This document shows, one piece after another, positions 8,775-17,945 of a DNA stretch of 64,000 nt (position 1 is its first letter; every line of letters begins with the position of its first letter). The translations under genes and the position numbers were made by a program. The stretch lies in contig CAYSWC010000001.1 in assembly GCA_964434715.1 (NCBI GenBank), forward strand, positions 35,037 to 99,036, given 5' to 3'. Source of the DNA: an uncultured Candidatus Saccharibacteria bacterium. Lineage in GTDB: Bacteria > Patescibacteriota > Minisyncoccia > UBA6257 > 1-14-0-10-40-38. A model generated the notes under the pieces. It saw nothing but the letters and a program-made list of their open reading frames with translations, did no database searches and had not been told where the DNA came from.

Positions 8775-9871
8775 TAAAGAGGTTCTGGTTGGTTTTGGGT
8801 GTTTTGGGCCGTGGGTTTGAGGTTGATTTCAAAATCTTGAGAATTATTATCGGTGTCGCAGCCGTTGCCGGAAAACTCCCCCGCTCCTTGGGCTGAAAGA
8901 CAACCACTCTCTTTCCACGCCTTTCTTTCCAAACTCTGATCAACGGGCGGGAGAGGCGCGGCTCCGCCTTCCGGCAACATCAATCCTGAACCAGTACCGT
9001 AAGCCAACCGATCAACAATATTTGGATCATCGGCGCCGGTGATAAACGTCTGATCATTAACTAAGAAAATGGTGGCGCCGGTATTATTCAAGGCCTGACT
9101 CCAAGTCATATCAGCCGGAACTTTATCCTCGTAGTCGCCGGTGCCCACAAGATAAAATGATCGGGCTTTGATCACGGCGCCGCTTAGGAAATTTTTCTTT
9201 ACCACACTGCTGATAGAGCTCGCGCCGCCGGATAAATACTGCAGAGACCAGCCGGAAATATCAACTGTGTCTCCGATTGGATTATAAATTTCAATAAATT
9301 CTTCAGTATCAGAACCAGTCATATCAGCAAAAATTTCGCTAATCACCAAATGAGCCACGCCGCTTAAAGCCGGCGGCGGAGGCGGCGGCTCTGGGGGCGG
9401 TGGAGGTGGTCCGCCAGTTGGCGGAGGTGGGGGTGGTTGAGTTGGCGGAGGTGGTGGCGGTGGCGGGTTTGGAGCTGGCGGAGGAGGAGGTGGGTTTGGC
9501 GGTGGCGGTTCGGCGGAGCTCACCGCAGGCGGTGGCGCCGGCGGAGGCAACGGCTGAACTGCCTGCCCCGAACCTTGCTGAGGGGGTGGCGGGGGTGTTG
9601 CTCTAACTACGCTTACGGCTGAAGCTAATCCAGTTGAGGATTCGGGAGTTCTACTTGTGCTTACGGATAGAAGCGGTTTTGGAGCTGGTTTTTCGGACGC
9701 TGGAGGCGAAACAATTGATTCAGTTTTAGCTTCAACCGGAATTTCGTAAACGAGCTCAAATTGATCTTGAGGCGAGAATTGAACATTGGGGTTATTTTTT
9801 AAAATCAAAAAGCTGCCGCCGAGGATAAAAGCGGCTCCCAAGAAAATCGGAAAAATTAACCGGCTAATCAT
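8774..9871 (-). CDS. membrane-anchored protein with a poly-proline linker and C-terminal lamin-tail domain (LTD)
   Basis: 365 aa with N-terminal TM, about 80 aa of PPPPP-rich linker, then an LTD signature (VISEI...TEEFIEIYNP...DISGWSL). Confidence 0.7.
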   Translation of the reverse strand: MISRLIFPIFLGAAFILGGSFLILKNNPNVQFSPQDQFELVYEIPVEAKTESIVSPPASEKPAPKPLLSVSTSRTPESSTGLASAVSVVRATPPPPPQQGSGQAVQPLPPPAPPPAVSSAEPPPPNPPPPPPAPNPPPPPPPPTQPPPPPPTGGPPPPPPEPPPPPPALSGVAHLVISEIFADMTGSDTEEFIEIYNPIGDTVDISGWSLQYLSGGASSISSVVKKNFLSGAVIKARSFYLVGTGDYEDKVPADMTWSQALNNTGATIFLVNDQTFITGADDPNIVDRLAYGTGSGLMLPEGGAAPLPPVDQSLERKAWKESGCLSAQGAGEFSGNGCDTDNNSQDFEINLKPTAQNTQNQPEPL

Positions 9872-9876
9872 AAAAA

Positions 9877-10854
9877 TTATTGCTTATTATTTTCGGCCGC
9901 CGGACTGTGCTTTTCACGCTTGAGCAAGTAAGAATAGGCCGCCAAGGCGGCCTTAACCGCGTCGCCGGCCGAGATATTGTTCTGTTTATAGGGATCGTCA
10001 GTAATGTCGCCGGCCGCAAAAATTCCTTCCTCGGAAGTTGTAGCATGTTTGGAGTCAATTATCACCTGTCCCCATTTGTCTAAGTTCACTAAACCTTTGA
10101 CCATTTCCGAATTAGGCACTGAACCGATTTCCACAAAAACACCTTGAACTTCAAGGGTTTTTTCTTGATTGGTTTTGCGGTCAAGATATTTTAAGCCACT
10201 AACCATCTGATCTCCCAAAACTTCTTTGGTTTGGGCATTTAAAATAATTTCCGCTTTGGGATTTTGTTTAATTTTCTCCTGCGTTACCGGATCGCCCTTG
10301 AGCGTATCGGCAAATTCCAGCAAGTAAATTTTCGTCGCGTAAGGGAAAAGATCAATCACGGCTTCTAAACCCGCATTGCCGCCGCCAACCACGGCTACAA
10401 CTTTGCCGGCAAAGATGGGAGCATCGCAGGTGCTGCAAAAAGCAACTCCTTTGCCGTCAAACTGATCTTCGCCCGGGATGCCGAGGCGCCGCCGGCGCGC
10501 GCCGGCTGTCAAAATCACCGCTTTCCCTTGATACTTACTGCCCTGGTCGGTTTCCACTTCAAAGTCGCAGGGACGAGTGCCATTGACGCAGTTTATCTTT
10601 TGAACCTTCACTCCCTTTTCCGGCATTTTAATATCCGCGATGTCTGAAAAAGCTCGGACGTGTTCTTCAAACTTTTTTGCGAGGTCAAACCCTGAAATAT
10701 GCTGTTCGCCAATCCAATTTTGAATATCAGCTGAAACAATAGACTGGCCGCCGAAGGATTCGGTTATTAAAAGAGTTTTAAGTTGCTTACGGGCGGCGTA
10801 AACGGCGGCGGCAGTACCGGCGGGACCACCACCGATTATGATGAGATCGTACAT
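9877..10854 (-). CDS. trxB: thioredoxin-disulfide reductase (low-Mr type)
   Basis: 325 aa with FAD GxGxxG (IIGGGPAG), NADPH GGGNAG and the redox CSTC pair. Confidence 0.8.
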   Translation of the reverse strand: MYDLIIIGGGPAGTAAAVYAARKQLKTLLITESFGGQSIVSADIQNWIGEQHISGFDLAKKFEEHVRAFSDIADIKMPEKGVKVQKINCVNGTRPCDFEVETDQGSKYQGKAVILTAGARRRRLGIPGEDQFDGKGVAFCSTCDAPIFAGKVVAVVGGGNAGLEAVIDLFPYATKIYLLEFADTLKGDPVTQEKIKQNPKAEIILNAQTKEVLGDQMVSGLKYLDRKTNQEKTLEVQGVFVEIGSVPNSEMVKGLVNLDKWGQVIIDSKHATTSEEGIFAAGDITDDPYKQNNISAGDAVKAALAAYSYLLKREKHSPAAENNKQ

Positions 10855-10977
10855 ATAACTTTAATTCAAAATTAAAAATTCAAAAATCAAAATGACAATG
10901 TAAAATCTTAAAATGGAGTAGAAATGATTTTAACATTTTGAACTGTCATTTTTAATTTTGAGATTTGCATTTTGAAT

Positions 10978-11214
10978 TTATTTCAGCCCTAGAGCTCTTT
11001 CTAATTCCGACCGATTAAATCCCACAATAATCTCGCCTTCAATATCAATGACCGGCACGCCTAATTGATGGGATTTTTTTACCATCTCGTCGCGGGCTTT
11101 TTCATCTTGAGCCACGTTATGCTCGGTGTATTGAATATTGTTCTTCCCGAAAAACTCCTTGCTCATCTTGCAGTAGACGCAAGTGGGGGTGGTATAGATG
11201 ATGACTTTTTTCAT
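10978..11214 (-). CDS. glutaredoxin-like protein (NrdH/YruB-like)
   Basis: 78 aa with a CVYC active site and a thioredoxin-fold pattern. Confidence 0.75.
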   Translation of the reverse strand: MKKVIIYTTPTCVYCKMSKEFFGKNNIQYTEHNVAQDEKARDEMVKKSHQLGVPVIDIEGEIIVGFNRSELERALGLK

Positions 11215-11390
11215 TTTATTGGTTTATTGTCTTGGCCGAAGATTCCCCAAAGACCGATAAGGGCAATTACGGCGCCGCTTATAATATTACTCCATAAAGC
11301 CGGTGCCAGACTAGAGAAACCCAAAAGCCACGGGGATATCAAAACCCAAATGCCGACAATTATTGATAATCTATATAACCAAATTGACAT
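11211..11390 (-). CDS. small SPW-repeat-like membrane protein (59 aa)
   Basis: Not in the ORF track (under 60 aa). Encodes MSIWLYRLSIIVGIWVLISPWLLGF... with two TM helices. Its stop TGA overlaps the grx ATG (ATGA). Confidence 0.5.
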   Translation of the reverse strand: MSIWLYRLSIIVGIWVLISPWLLGFSSLAPALWSNIISGAVIALIGLWGIFGQDNKPIK

Positions 11391-11401
11391 AAATAGACTC
11401 C

Positions 11402-11465
11402 ACGAATATACGAATCTAGCTCGAATATACGAATTCGTATATTCGTGCTCTATTCGAATATTCGG
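11402..11465. promoter_or_regulatory. operator-like array of palindromes, including the perfect 24-bp palindrome CGAATATACGAATTCGTATATTCG and CGAATATTCG
   Basis: Read from the sequence upstream of the SPW-grx-trxB genes. The ACGAATATACGAAT unit is directly repeated. Confidence 0.45.
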
Positions 11466-11524
11466 AAAGTCTTCTCTCGACCTGTTTATAATTATAACAT
11501 TTCAAGGTAACGCAATAAAGCAAA

Positions 11525-11556
11525 ACCCCGCACTTATAAAATGCGGGGTTTGCTTT
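11525..11556. terminator. bidirectional rho-independent terminator (CCCCGCA...TGCGGGG with T-runs on both strands)
   Basis: Stem-loop AACCCCGCACTTATAAAATGCGGGGTTTGCTTTT, downstream of the Zn-ribbon ORF on the minus strand. Confidence 0.6.
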
Positions 11557-11568
11557 TGACTCGAAAAA

Positions 11569-11748
11569 CTATCGGTTAAAGCTGGGACGGCGGAAAGTCT
11601 GACGGCGCTCTCGGTGACAGTCGCGGCAGAGCAGCTGGTCAATTCTTGACGGATCCGGCTCAAACGGCAATTCGGTAATGGCGGTTCCGCATTTGGAACA
11701 CTTCCAGTTGCCCTGATACATCTTTCGAGGTCCTTGGTTAAAATCCAT
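11569..11748 (-). CDS. small zinc-ribbon protein (59 aa, CxxC-x22-CxxC)
   Basis: Not in the ORF track. Encodes MDFNQGPRKMYQGNWKCSKCGTAITELPFEPDPSRIDQLLCRDCHRERRQTFRRPSFNR, followed by a terminator. Coordinates are +/-2. Confidence 0.45.
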   Translation of the reverse strand: MDFNQGPRKMYQGNWKCSKCGTAITELPFEPDPSRIDQLLCRDCHRERRQTFRRPSFNR

Positions 11749-11794
11749 TTTGCCTCTAATAATTGATTGATAATAATCGCCCTTTCGTTAGTTT

Positions 11795-11850
11795 TACCGA
11801 TCTCGATAACTCGCTATATCGCTATTTCGATATTTCGATATTTCGAAGTG
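11795..11850. repeat. tandem TTTCGATA-type repeats (CGCTATATCGCTATTTCGATATTTCGATATTTCGAAG)
   Basis: Read from the sequence in the putative promoter region of the Zn-ribbon ORF. Resembles the CGAATAT units at 11402-11465. Confidence 0.4.
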
Positions 11851-11949
11851 GCACGAGGCAAAACGGCTTAATAAACCTCTTTTTGACCTCAAATACTAAA
11901 CTAACTAGAGTATAGCTTATAACTTCTAATAATGCAAGAGGGGTAGAAC

Positions 11950-12357
11950 TTATGGTCTCGGTTTACAGGGATCATCGCAGTTCCAACTTGAATATATTCC
12001 ATTGAGGGTTTTAATGGATTTACTCTTGCCTTCTCCCGAAGTTTCCACAGTAAATTGACATTTTTTGTTTGAGAAACACCAGCGGGTACAAAATCTTATA
12101 GCATCGGGATCTCCATCCTTATCGCAGTCAACTGGAATTTCACGGGTGTAAGGATTGCCCTGAGAATTACAGTCGCAAAGCGGAGTCGGGGGCGGGGGTT
12201 TCTTTTTTGACGTTGATTGCGAACCCGGGGGACGAAAAGAACCTCCCTGACCCAATAGCAATTCTCTATCAATGCTTGTAAAACTTTCTCTTAAAGAAGA
12301 GAAGCTTAAAAAAACAACTATACCTACTGCTACAATTATTAATAAAGCGCTTTTCAT
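11950..12357 (-). CDS. hypothetical secreted Cys-rich small protein
   Basis: 135 aa with a signal/anchor, a Pro-Lys stretch and 8 Cys in the C-terminal half. Confidence 0.45.
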   Translation of the reverse strand: MKSALLIIVAVGIVVFLSFSSLRESFTSIDRELLLGQGGSFRPPGSQSTSKKKPPPPTPLCDCNSQGNPYTREIPVDCDKDGDPDAIRFCTRWCFSNKKCQFTVETSGEGKSKSIKTLNGIYSSWNCDDPCKPRP

Positions 12358-12407
12358 TTTTTACTAATCAGAATATCTTTGCGAACCGACCTTTTTAATA
12401 TTAAATA

Positions 12408-13067
12408 TTAATTTTGTGCTAACGCCTCCTCAATGGCGGCTTTAAAGGCCTCATAGGGCAGGGCGCCGGGGAGATATTTTACAAACTCGCCGCTTACGAT
12501 AAAGTTGCCCGGAGTGCCGGTAACGCCGGCGGCAATACCGTCTTGATAATCTTTCTCTACTTCATCCTTATATTTTCTGGTATCAACGCACGATTTAAAT
12601 TGAGCGGTGTCCAAACCTAATTCTCCCGCCAAGATTGTAAAATCCAAACTGGCCAGCTCTTTTTGTTTTTCAAAAAGCGCGTCGTGATAAGTCCAGTATT
12701 TACCCTGATCCCGGGCGCATTCAGCCGCCTCGGCTGACGGCCGGGCAAAAGGATGAATCTGGTCTAAGGGAAAATCACGATAGACCATTTTGAGTTCTCC
12801 GGTTTTAACGAATTCCTCGCGCAGCTTTCCTTCTGTCTCTTCAAAAAGTTTTAAGCAAAAAGGGCATTGGTAATCTCCGAATTCAATCAGGGTTACCGGC
12901 GCCTTTGGGTCACCCAAGATAACATCATCATCAACTCCGGGAGTTGTATTATTAGTATTGGGATTGGCGTCACCGCCTTTTAAATTGGCACTGTAGATCA
13001 CCGAACCGCCGACAATAACCGCGGCCGCCAAAATACTAATGGCTAAAAAATTGCTTTTTTGTTCCAT
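12408..13067 (-). CDS. DsbA-family thiol:disulfide oxidoreductase
   Basis: 219 aa with an N-terminal anchor, a CPFC active site and a thioredoxin-like fold pattern. Confidence 0.8.
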   Translation of the reverse strand: MEQKSNFLAISILAAAVIVGGSVIYSANLKGGDANPNTNNTTPGVDDDVILGDPKAPVTLIEFGDYQCPFCLKLFEETEGKLREEFVKTGELKMVYRDFPLDQIHPFARPSAEAAECARDQGKYWTYHDALFEKQKELASLDFTILAGELGLDTAQFKSCVDTRKYKDEVEKDYQDGIAAGVTGTPGNFIVSGEFVKYLPGALPYEAFKAAIEEALAQN

Positions 13068-13214
13068 ACGCTTACGCTACATAATACCAATATACGAATT
13101 AATGCAAATGATACTAATCATACAAATACGAACCGATTAGTATTATTTGTATCATTAGTATGCATTAGTATATTGGTATCACATTTATTATCATAATACC
13201 CATTATAGGAAACG

Positions 13215-14549
13215 ATGTTTAGACCAGTCAAGCTCCAGCAATTTACTCTCTTTATAGGAGATATTTTAATCCTTTATCTCTCGCTTTTCCTTACCCTTTT
13301 CATCCGTCACGGCCAGATTACCGAAGAAGTGCGCCGCCTGCATTTCTGGCCCTTTACCATTCTTTTTCTTTTCTGGCTTTTGGTTTTCTACATCACCGGT
13401 TTTTATGAAATCCGGGAGCTTAAAAACAACGCTGATTTCGGCAAAAAATTCTGGCTGGCAATACTCATCAACTTTCTTTTGGCGATCAGCTTTTTCTATT
13501 TTCTCCCCGGCTTCGGCATCACTCCCAAAACCAATTTGTTCATCTTTCTCGTAGTCTTCGGATCGGCGGCCTACGGCTGGAGAACTACCTACAACAACCT
13601 GCTTAACAGCCGGTCGCCGGCGATCAAGATTCTCCTGGTCGGCTACAATCAGACGGCTCAGGAATTAGTCAATCACTTAAATCATCATCCGCAACTGGGC
13701 TACGAAATCAAATTTTGGATGAAGGAGGGACTCGCGGATAAGGAATTCAAGCATCTCTCGCAAATTATTATTGCCAATCAAATCAATCTCATTGTGGTGC
13801 CAGCCCATATAAAAAAGAGCTCGCGGGCGGCGCGGCTGATTTATAAAAATCTGGCTTTAGGGATTGAAGTCGTTGATCTGGCGACTATTTATGAAAATGT
13901 ATTTCATAAAGTGCCGATTGCCGAACTGGAAGAAGTCTGGTTTTTGGAAAATTTGACCAAAAGCCACAAAATCTACGACACGACAAAGCAGCCGATTGAA
14001 ATGATACTGGCGCTATTTTTGGCAGTCATCATCCTGCCGCTCGCACTCCTCATTGCTGTTTTGATCAAAATAACTTCTCCGGGGTCGGCTTTTTTCACCC
14101 AAACGCGGGTGGGGAAAAACGGTCAGATTTTCGTGCTTTGGAAATTCCGAACCATGGTGGCTGATGCGGAAAAATCGGGACCACGCTGGGCCAAGCCCAA
14201 TGACCGCCGGGCAACACCTTTGGGCAAATTGCTTAGGCGCGCCCATTTGGATGAACTGCCGCAACTTTGGAATATTATCCGGGGCGACATTTCGCTTATC
14301 GGTCCGCGGCCGGAACGACCGGAGTTTGTAGCCACTCTAGAGAAAGAAATTCCCTACTATGAACTCCGCCACTTGGTGCTGCCGGGCCTTACCGGCTGGG
14401 CGCAAGTCAATTACCGCTACGGCGCCTCGCTTCACGAAGCTTATGAAAAACTCCAGTATGATATTTATTATTTAAAGAACCGCTCCTTCTGGCTGGATCT
14501 CTTAATTTTTATCCGGACGGTTAAGAGATTTTTTGCGCCCGCGAAATGA
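13215..14549 (+). CDS. undecaprenyl-phosphate sugar phosphotransferase (WbaP/exopolysaccharide-type initiating transferase)
   Basis: 444 aa with N-terminal TMs and the C-terminal bacterial sugar transferase domain (PGLTGWAQVN, DELPQLWN). Confidence 0.85.
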   Translation: MFRPVKLQQFTLFIGDILILYLSLFLTLFIRHGQITEEVRRLHFWPFTILFLFWLLVFYITGFYEIRELKNNADFGKKFWLAILINFLLAISFFYFLPGFGITPKTNLFIFLVVFGSAAYGWRTTYNNLLNSRSPAIKILLVGYNQTAQELVNHLNHHPQLGYEIKFWMKEGLADKEFKHLSQIIIANQINLIVVPAHIKKSSRAARLIYKNLALGIEVVDLATIYENVFHKVPIAELEEVWFLENLTKSHKIYDTTKQPIEMILALFLAVIILPLALLIAVLIKITSPGSAFFTQTRVGKNGQIFVLWKFRTMVADAEKSGPRWAKPNDRRATPLGKLLRRAHLDELPQLWNIIRGDISLIGPRPERPEFVATLEKEIPYYELRHLVLPGLTGWAQVNYRYGASLHEAYEKLQYDIYYLKNRSFWLDLLIFIRTVKRFFAPAK

Positions 14550-14615
14550 GCTAATTTATTAATTTACTGATTTATTGGTTTATTAATAAAATAATAAACT
14601 AATAAATTAATAAAT

Positions 14616-15920
14616 GTGCTTACTCGACTCAAATCTTTTTTGCTCCAAAATACTAGCGTAGAACAGACGGTGGCTAAAAACGCGGTTTGGCTTTTTTTGG
14701 GGCAACTCTTAAGCCGACTTTTCCGGGCGGCGATTGTAATTTATGGAGCCAGAATTTTAGGAGCCGAGTCTTGGGGCGCTTTTTCCTACGCCTTGGGCGT
14801 GGTTACTTTTCTTACTATTTTCTCTGACATCGGCATCAATGCGTTTGTCACGCGGGAGGGGGCGCGTCTTGCCGAGATGAGGAATCAATATCTGGCGACG
14901 GCGTTTTTTATCAAGCTTGGTTTGATTTTAATAATCGCCATTGGAATGATTATTTCCTTTCCTTACCTCTCGCGTATTGCCGAGGCCACGGCTTTACTGC
15001 CAATCCTGATTTTTGTTTTTATCTTTGATACTTTAAGAGACTTAGGTTCGGCGCTCTCTCGGGCCTTGGAACGCATGGAAATTGAAGCCGGCACCCAAGC
15101 ATTTACCAATTTTTCAATCGGCGCTTTGGGGCTGATATTTTTAAGTCTCACGCCGGCGAGCCGCTCTTTAGCTTGGGGTTATGCTTTGGGCAGCGGCTTA
15201 GGACTTATCTCAATTATAATTACACTCCGCTCTTATTTCCGGGAGGTTTTGAAAAATTTTAGGGGCGGCTTGATTAAAACTATTCTCTCCGAAGCCTGGC
15301 CATTTGGTCTCTTGGGCGTCACCGGCATTGTGATGTTAAACATTGATGTGATTATGCTCGGCTGGCTTCGGGCACCGGCCGAGGTTGGTTACTATTCGGC
15401 GGCGCAAAAATTGGTTCAGCTTTTATATGTCTTCCCGGCACTGGTGGCTGCTAGTCTTCTGCCTAGTCTTTCGCGTCTAATTAAAACGGAACCGGCTGTT
15501 GCTAAAAAGAATTTAGAAAAAGCCTCGGCGCTGGTTTTTCTTGCGGCAATTCCTTTAGTCATATTAGGCGTAATTTTAGGCCAGCCGATAATTAAAATAG
15601 TTTTCGGAAGCGAATATGCTCCGTCAATTCTGACTTTTCAAATACTCATGCTCACTATCCTCGTTGTCTATCCTGCTTCAATTTTAGGACACGCCATCTT
15701 TGCCTATAATCAGCAAAAGCAATTTATCTCGTTTGTGCTGACCGCGGTTTTAGGAGACATTGTTTTTAATCTGCTTTTAATTCCGCCTTTTGGGATTGAG
15801 GGCGCTGCTATTTCAACGATATTTACCCAACTGGTGGCCAACTTTTTGATTTGGCAGAAGATGAAAAAAGTTAACGGCCTTAGCATCTGGCCGCAGATTA
15901 AGGGTTGGTTGCGGTCTTAA
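14616..15920 (+). CDS. polysaccharide flippase (Wzx / MOP superfamily)
   Basis: 434 aa with about 12-14 TM segments and an oligosaccharide flippase pattern. Confidence 0.75.
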   Translation: MLTRLKSFLLQNTSVEQTVAKNAVWLFLGQLLSRLFRAAIVIYGARILGAESWGAFSYALGVVTFLTIFSDIGINAFVTREGARLAEMRNQYLATAFFIKLGLILIIAIGMIISFPYLSRIAEATALLPILIFVFIFDTLRDLGSALSRALERMEIEAGTQAFTNFSIGALGLIFLSLTPASRSLAWGYALGSGLGLISIIITLRSYFREVLKNFRGGLIKTILSEAWPFGLLGVTGIVMLNIDVIMLGWLRAPAEVGYYSAAQKLVQLLYVFPALVAASLLPSLSRLIKTEPAVAKKNLEKASALVFLAAIPLVILGVILGQPIIKIVFGSEYAPSILTFQILMLTILVVYPASILGHAIFAYNQQKQFISFVLTAVLGDIVFNLLLIPPFGIEGAAISTIFTQLVANFLIWQKMKKVNGLSIWPQIKGWLRS

Positions 15921-15935
15921 AGTTTAAACTTGGGC

Positions 15936-16895
15936 TTACTGACTGGATTGCCGGAGAAGCCTAATTTGTTCAAGTAAAGTCTGTATCTTAGCTTGAATTT
16001 CCTGAATGCTAGACTGGGGGGCAGCGCGCGGAGCCGGAGGTGGAGCTGGAGTCGGAGTCGGAGTTGGCGCTGGAGCAACTGCCGCAGCACTTAATTCGTT
16101 TAACTTCCTTCTGGTATTAGGACCGACCAAGCCGGCACCGAGAGCGCTTCTACTCGTGATAATGCCGTGCTTGAGCTGGAATCTTATAACCGCTTCTCTG
16201 GTGAGGGCTCCGTAAACAATTGTTTCCTTACCGGGCGAACCCGGGCCTGATTGAGCTATCCGTGTAACAGGATCGAAATTTAAGATTTTCTGCAAATCCA
16301 GAACAAACGAACTTCTCATACCCGCTCTTAGCGGCGCCGTAAAGGTTACCCGCGGCAACACAACCGTCACTGCTGGCGGCGGAGGCGCTAAAGCCAAAGG
16401 CGACGGTGGAGGCGGGGGTGGAGGTGGAGGCGGTTGAGAAGGAGGCGGTCCGCCGCCGCCACCGCTCGACGGAGGAGGAGGTGGAGGAGGAGGGGGCGAA
16501 TCGCCGCCGCCGCTACCGCCACCTGGCGGCTGGCAGACAGTGCCGGTTGGGGTTATCGCCATACTACCGCCGCCGTTTAGAGTAAGGGTCGAAGAGGTGC
16601 TTCCGCAATTAAATACTGCACTTATACCAGTGCCGTAAGTATAAGTTGTCTTATCATTAGAAGTGATAACGAAACTAGAAGTTACAGCTGGAGTAAACGT
16701 GCCGCCGGCCACTTCCAATGATTCCATGTTGCCGCTTACGGTAAACTCTAAAGCGCTTCCAGCGGTAACGACCATGGTACTGCCGCTCCCAAATTGAACA
16801 TCACTATCCGCACCGAAGACAAGCTGCGGCACAATCAAAATCAAGCCCAGAAAAATTAGAAGTAAGTTAAAGATTGAAGTCTTAATTAGCTTCAT
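15936..16895 (-). CDS. secreted protein with poly-proline linker and peptidoglycan-binding (PG_binding_1-like) domain
   Basis: 319 aa with a signal peptide, P9-P11 runs and a PGBD-like segment (FQLKHGIITSRSALGAGLVGPNTRRKL). Confidence 0.6.
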   Translation of the reverse strand: MKLIKTSIFNLLLIFLGLILIVPQLVFGADSDVQFGSGSTMVVTAGSALEFTVSGNMESLEVAGGTFTPAVTSSFVITSNDKTTYTYGTGISAVFNCGSTSSTLTLNGGGSMAITPTGTVCQPPGGGSGGGDSPPPPPPPPPSSGGGGGPPPSQPPPPPPPPPPSPLALAPPPPAVTVVLPRVTFTAPLRAGMRSSFVLDLQKILNFDPVTRIAQSGPGSPGKETIVYGALTREAVIRFQLKHGIITSRSALGAGLVGPNTRRKLNELSAAAVAPAPTPTPTPAPPPAPRAAPQSSIQEIQAKIQTLLEQIRLLRQSSQ

Positions 16896-16929
16896 AAAAT
16901 TAAACTAAATGAATTTTTGATGAGCTTGA

Positions 16930-17862
16930 TTACTTAGGACAGGCAACGACTTTTACTGTAAGACCGACTCCAGCATCAATAGCCGTAGCACCTCTGGTAG
17001 CCGTAATAGAAACGCAGCCGCCGCCATCAGTTGATCTAAGTATTATTTGGCCGCCGCCCCCAGCAGCCACATTACCGATGTAGATACTGCCAGTAGCACT
17101 GTTATTGCTGCCTAACCCAAAGACGCTTAGTGTCGGATCTGGATTCCCTCCGGTAAGACCCATAACACCGCCATCCGGAGTGGTGGTAGCGCCGATTGAA
17201 ACTCTGCCGCTCTCACCGTCCATGATGAGCGTTGTTGAAGCCTGGAGCCCGAATTCACTAACCGTGGAAGTGGCAGTTGTTGAAGTCGCATTCAAATAAG
17301 AAGCGGTGATGCCGCCTTCAAAAAGGGCGCCACCGCCAACAGCAAATTCTGCGCCCGGCGAGGTAGTACCAAATCCAGAAGCAGTGCCAGTCGAGGTAGC
17401 CACTATATAATCAGCCCAGACAAAACCATCAAATAGACCAGCGCCACCTACTGCCGCTGCTGCGCCTGGAGTAGTGGTACCAATACCGAGGTTACCAAAT
17501 AGCCAGGAACTGTTAGTTGAAGTAGAAGTGAAGTAATTGGCAGAGACAAAGCCATCGAAGAGACCGACGCCTCTAACGTCTAACTTACCTCCGGGAGTCG
17601 TGGTGCCATGGCCGAAATTGCCACCCAAAATCCAGGAAGTGCCGGTTGAAGTTGAGGTGAAGTAATCGGCCGAAACAAAGCCCTCGAATAGACCCGCACC
17701 TTTGGCACTTACTGCGGCGCCCGGCGTTGATGTCGCTACCCCGACGCTGTCGGTATCAATATAGGTGATGGCTCCGGCCATAAATGCCACTAAAAAGACC
17801 GATAAGACGACTGAAGCAATAAAGGTTAAGATCTGTCGTTTATGAGATAAAATAAATGACAT
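16930..17862 (-). CDS. surface protein with four tandem ~40-aa G/T/S-rich repeats
   Basis: 310 aa with an N-terminal TM anchor. The repeat units are G(A/V)GLF(E/D)GFV.A(D/N)Y...TSTST..SW, also visible as nucleotide repeats. Confidence 0.55.
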   Translation of the reverse strand: MSFILSHKRQILTFIASVVLSVFLVAFMAGAITYIDTDSVGVATSTPGAAVSAKGAGLFEGFVSADYFTSTSTGTSWILGGNFGHGTTTPGGKLDVRGVGLFDGFVSANYFTSTSTNSSWLFGNLGIGTTTPGAAAAVGGAGLFDGFVWADYIVATSTGTASGFGTTSPGAEFAVGGGALFEGGITASYLNATSTTATSTVSEFGLQASTTLIMDGESGRVSIGATTTPDGGVMGLTGGNPDPTLSVFGLGSNNSATGSIYIGNVAAGGGGQIILRSTDGGGCVSITATRGATAIDAGVGLTVKVVACPK

Positions 17863-17938
17863 AGTTGTTTGCCTTATTAGTTATTTTCGACCAGGGAAAT
17901 AAAAAAATATCTTTGTATCATTATAGCACAGGTATTGT

Positions 17939-17945
17939 GGGGGGG
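17939..17945. repeat. homopolymeric G7 tract in the upstream region of the repeat-protein gene
   Basis: GTATTGTGGGGGGGTGTGG read from the sequence, about 80 bp upstream of the gene start at 17862. Confidence 0.5.

Noticed and set aside
9400-9622. Arg/Trp-rich plus-strand ORFs (for example MSWRRWWRWRVW...)
   Set aside because: Mirror image of the CCN proline-codon tract of the LTD protein linker. A compositional artefact.
11065-11559. 164-aa plus-strand ORF
   Set aside because: Antisense to the glutaredoxin and SPW genes and then runs through operator repeats and a terminator. No coding signature.
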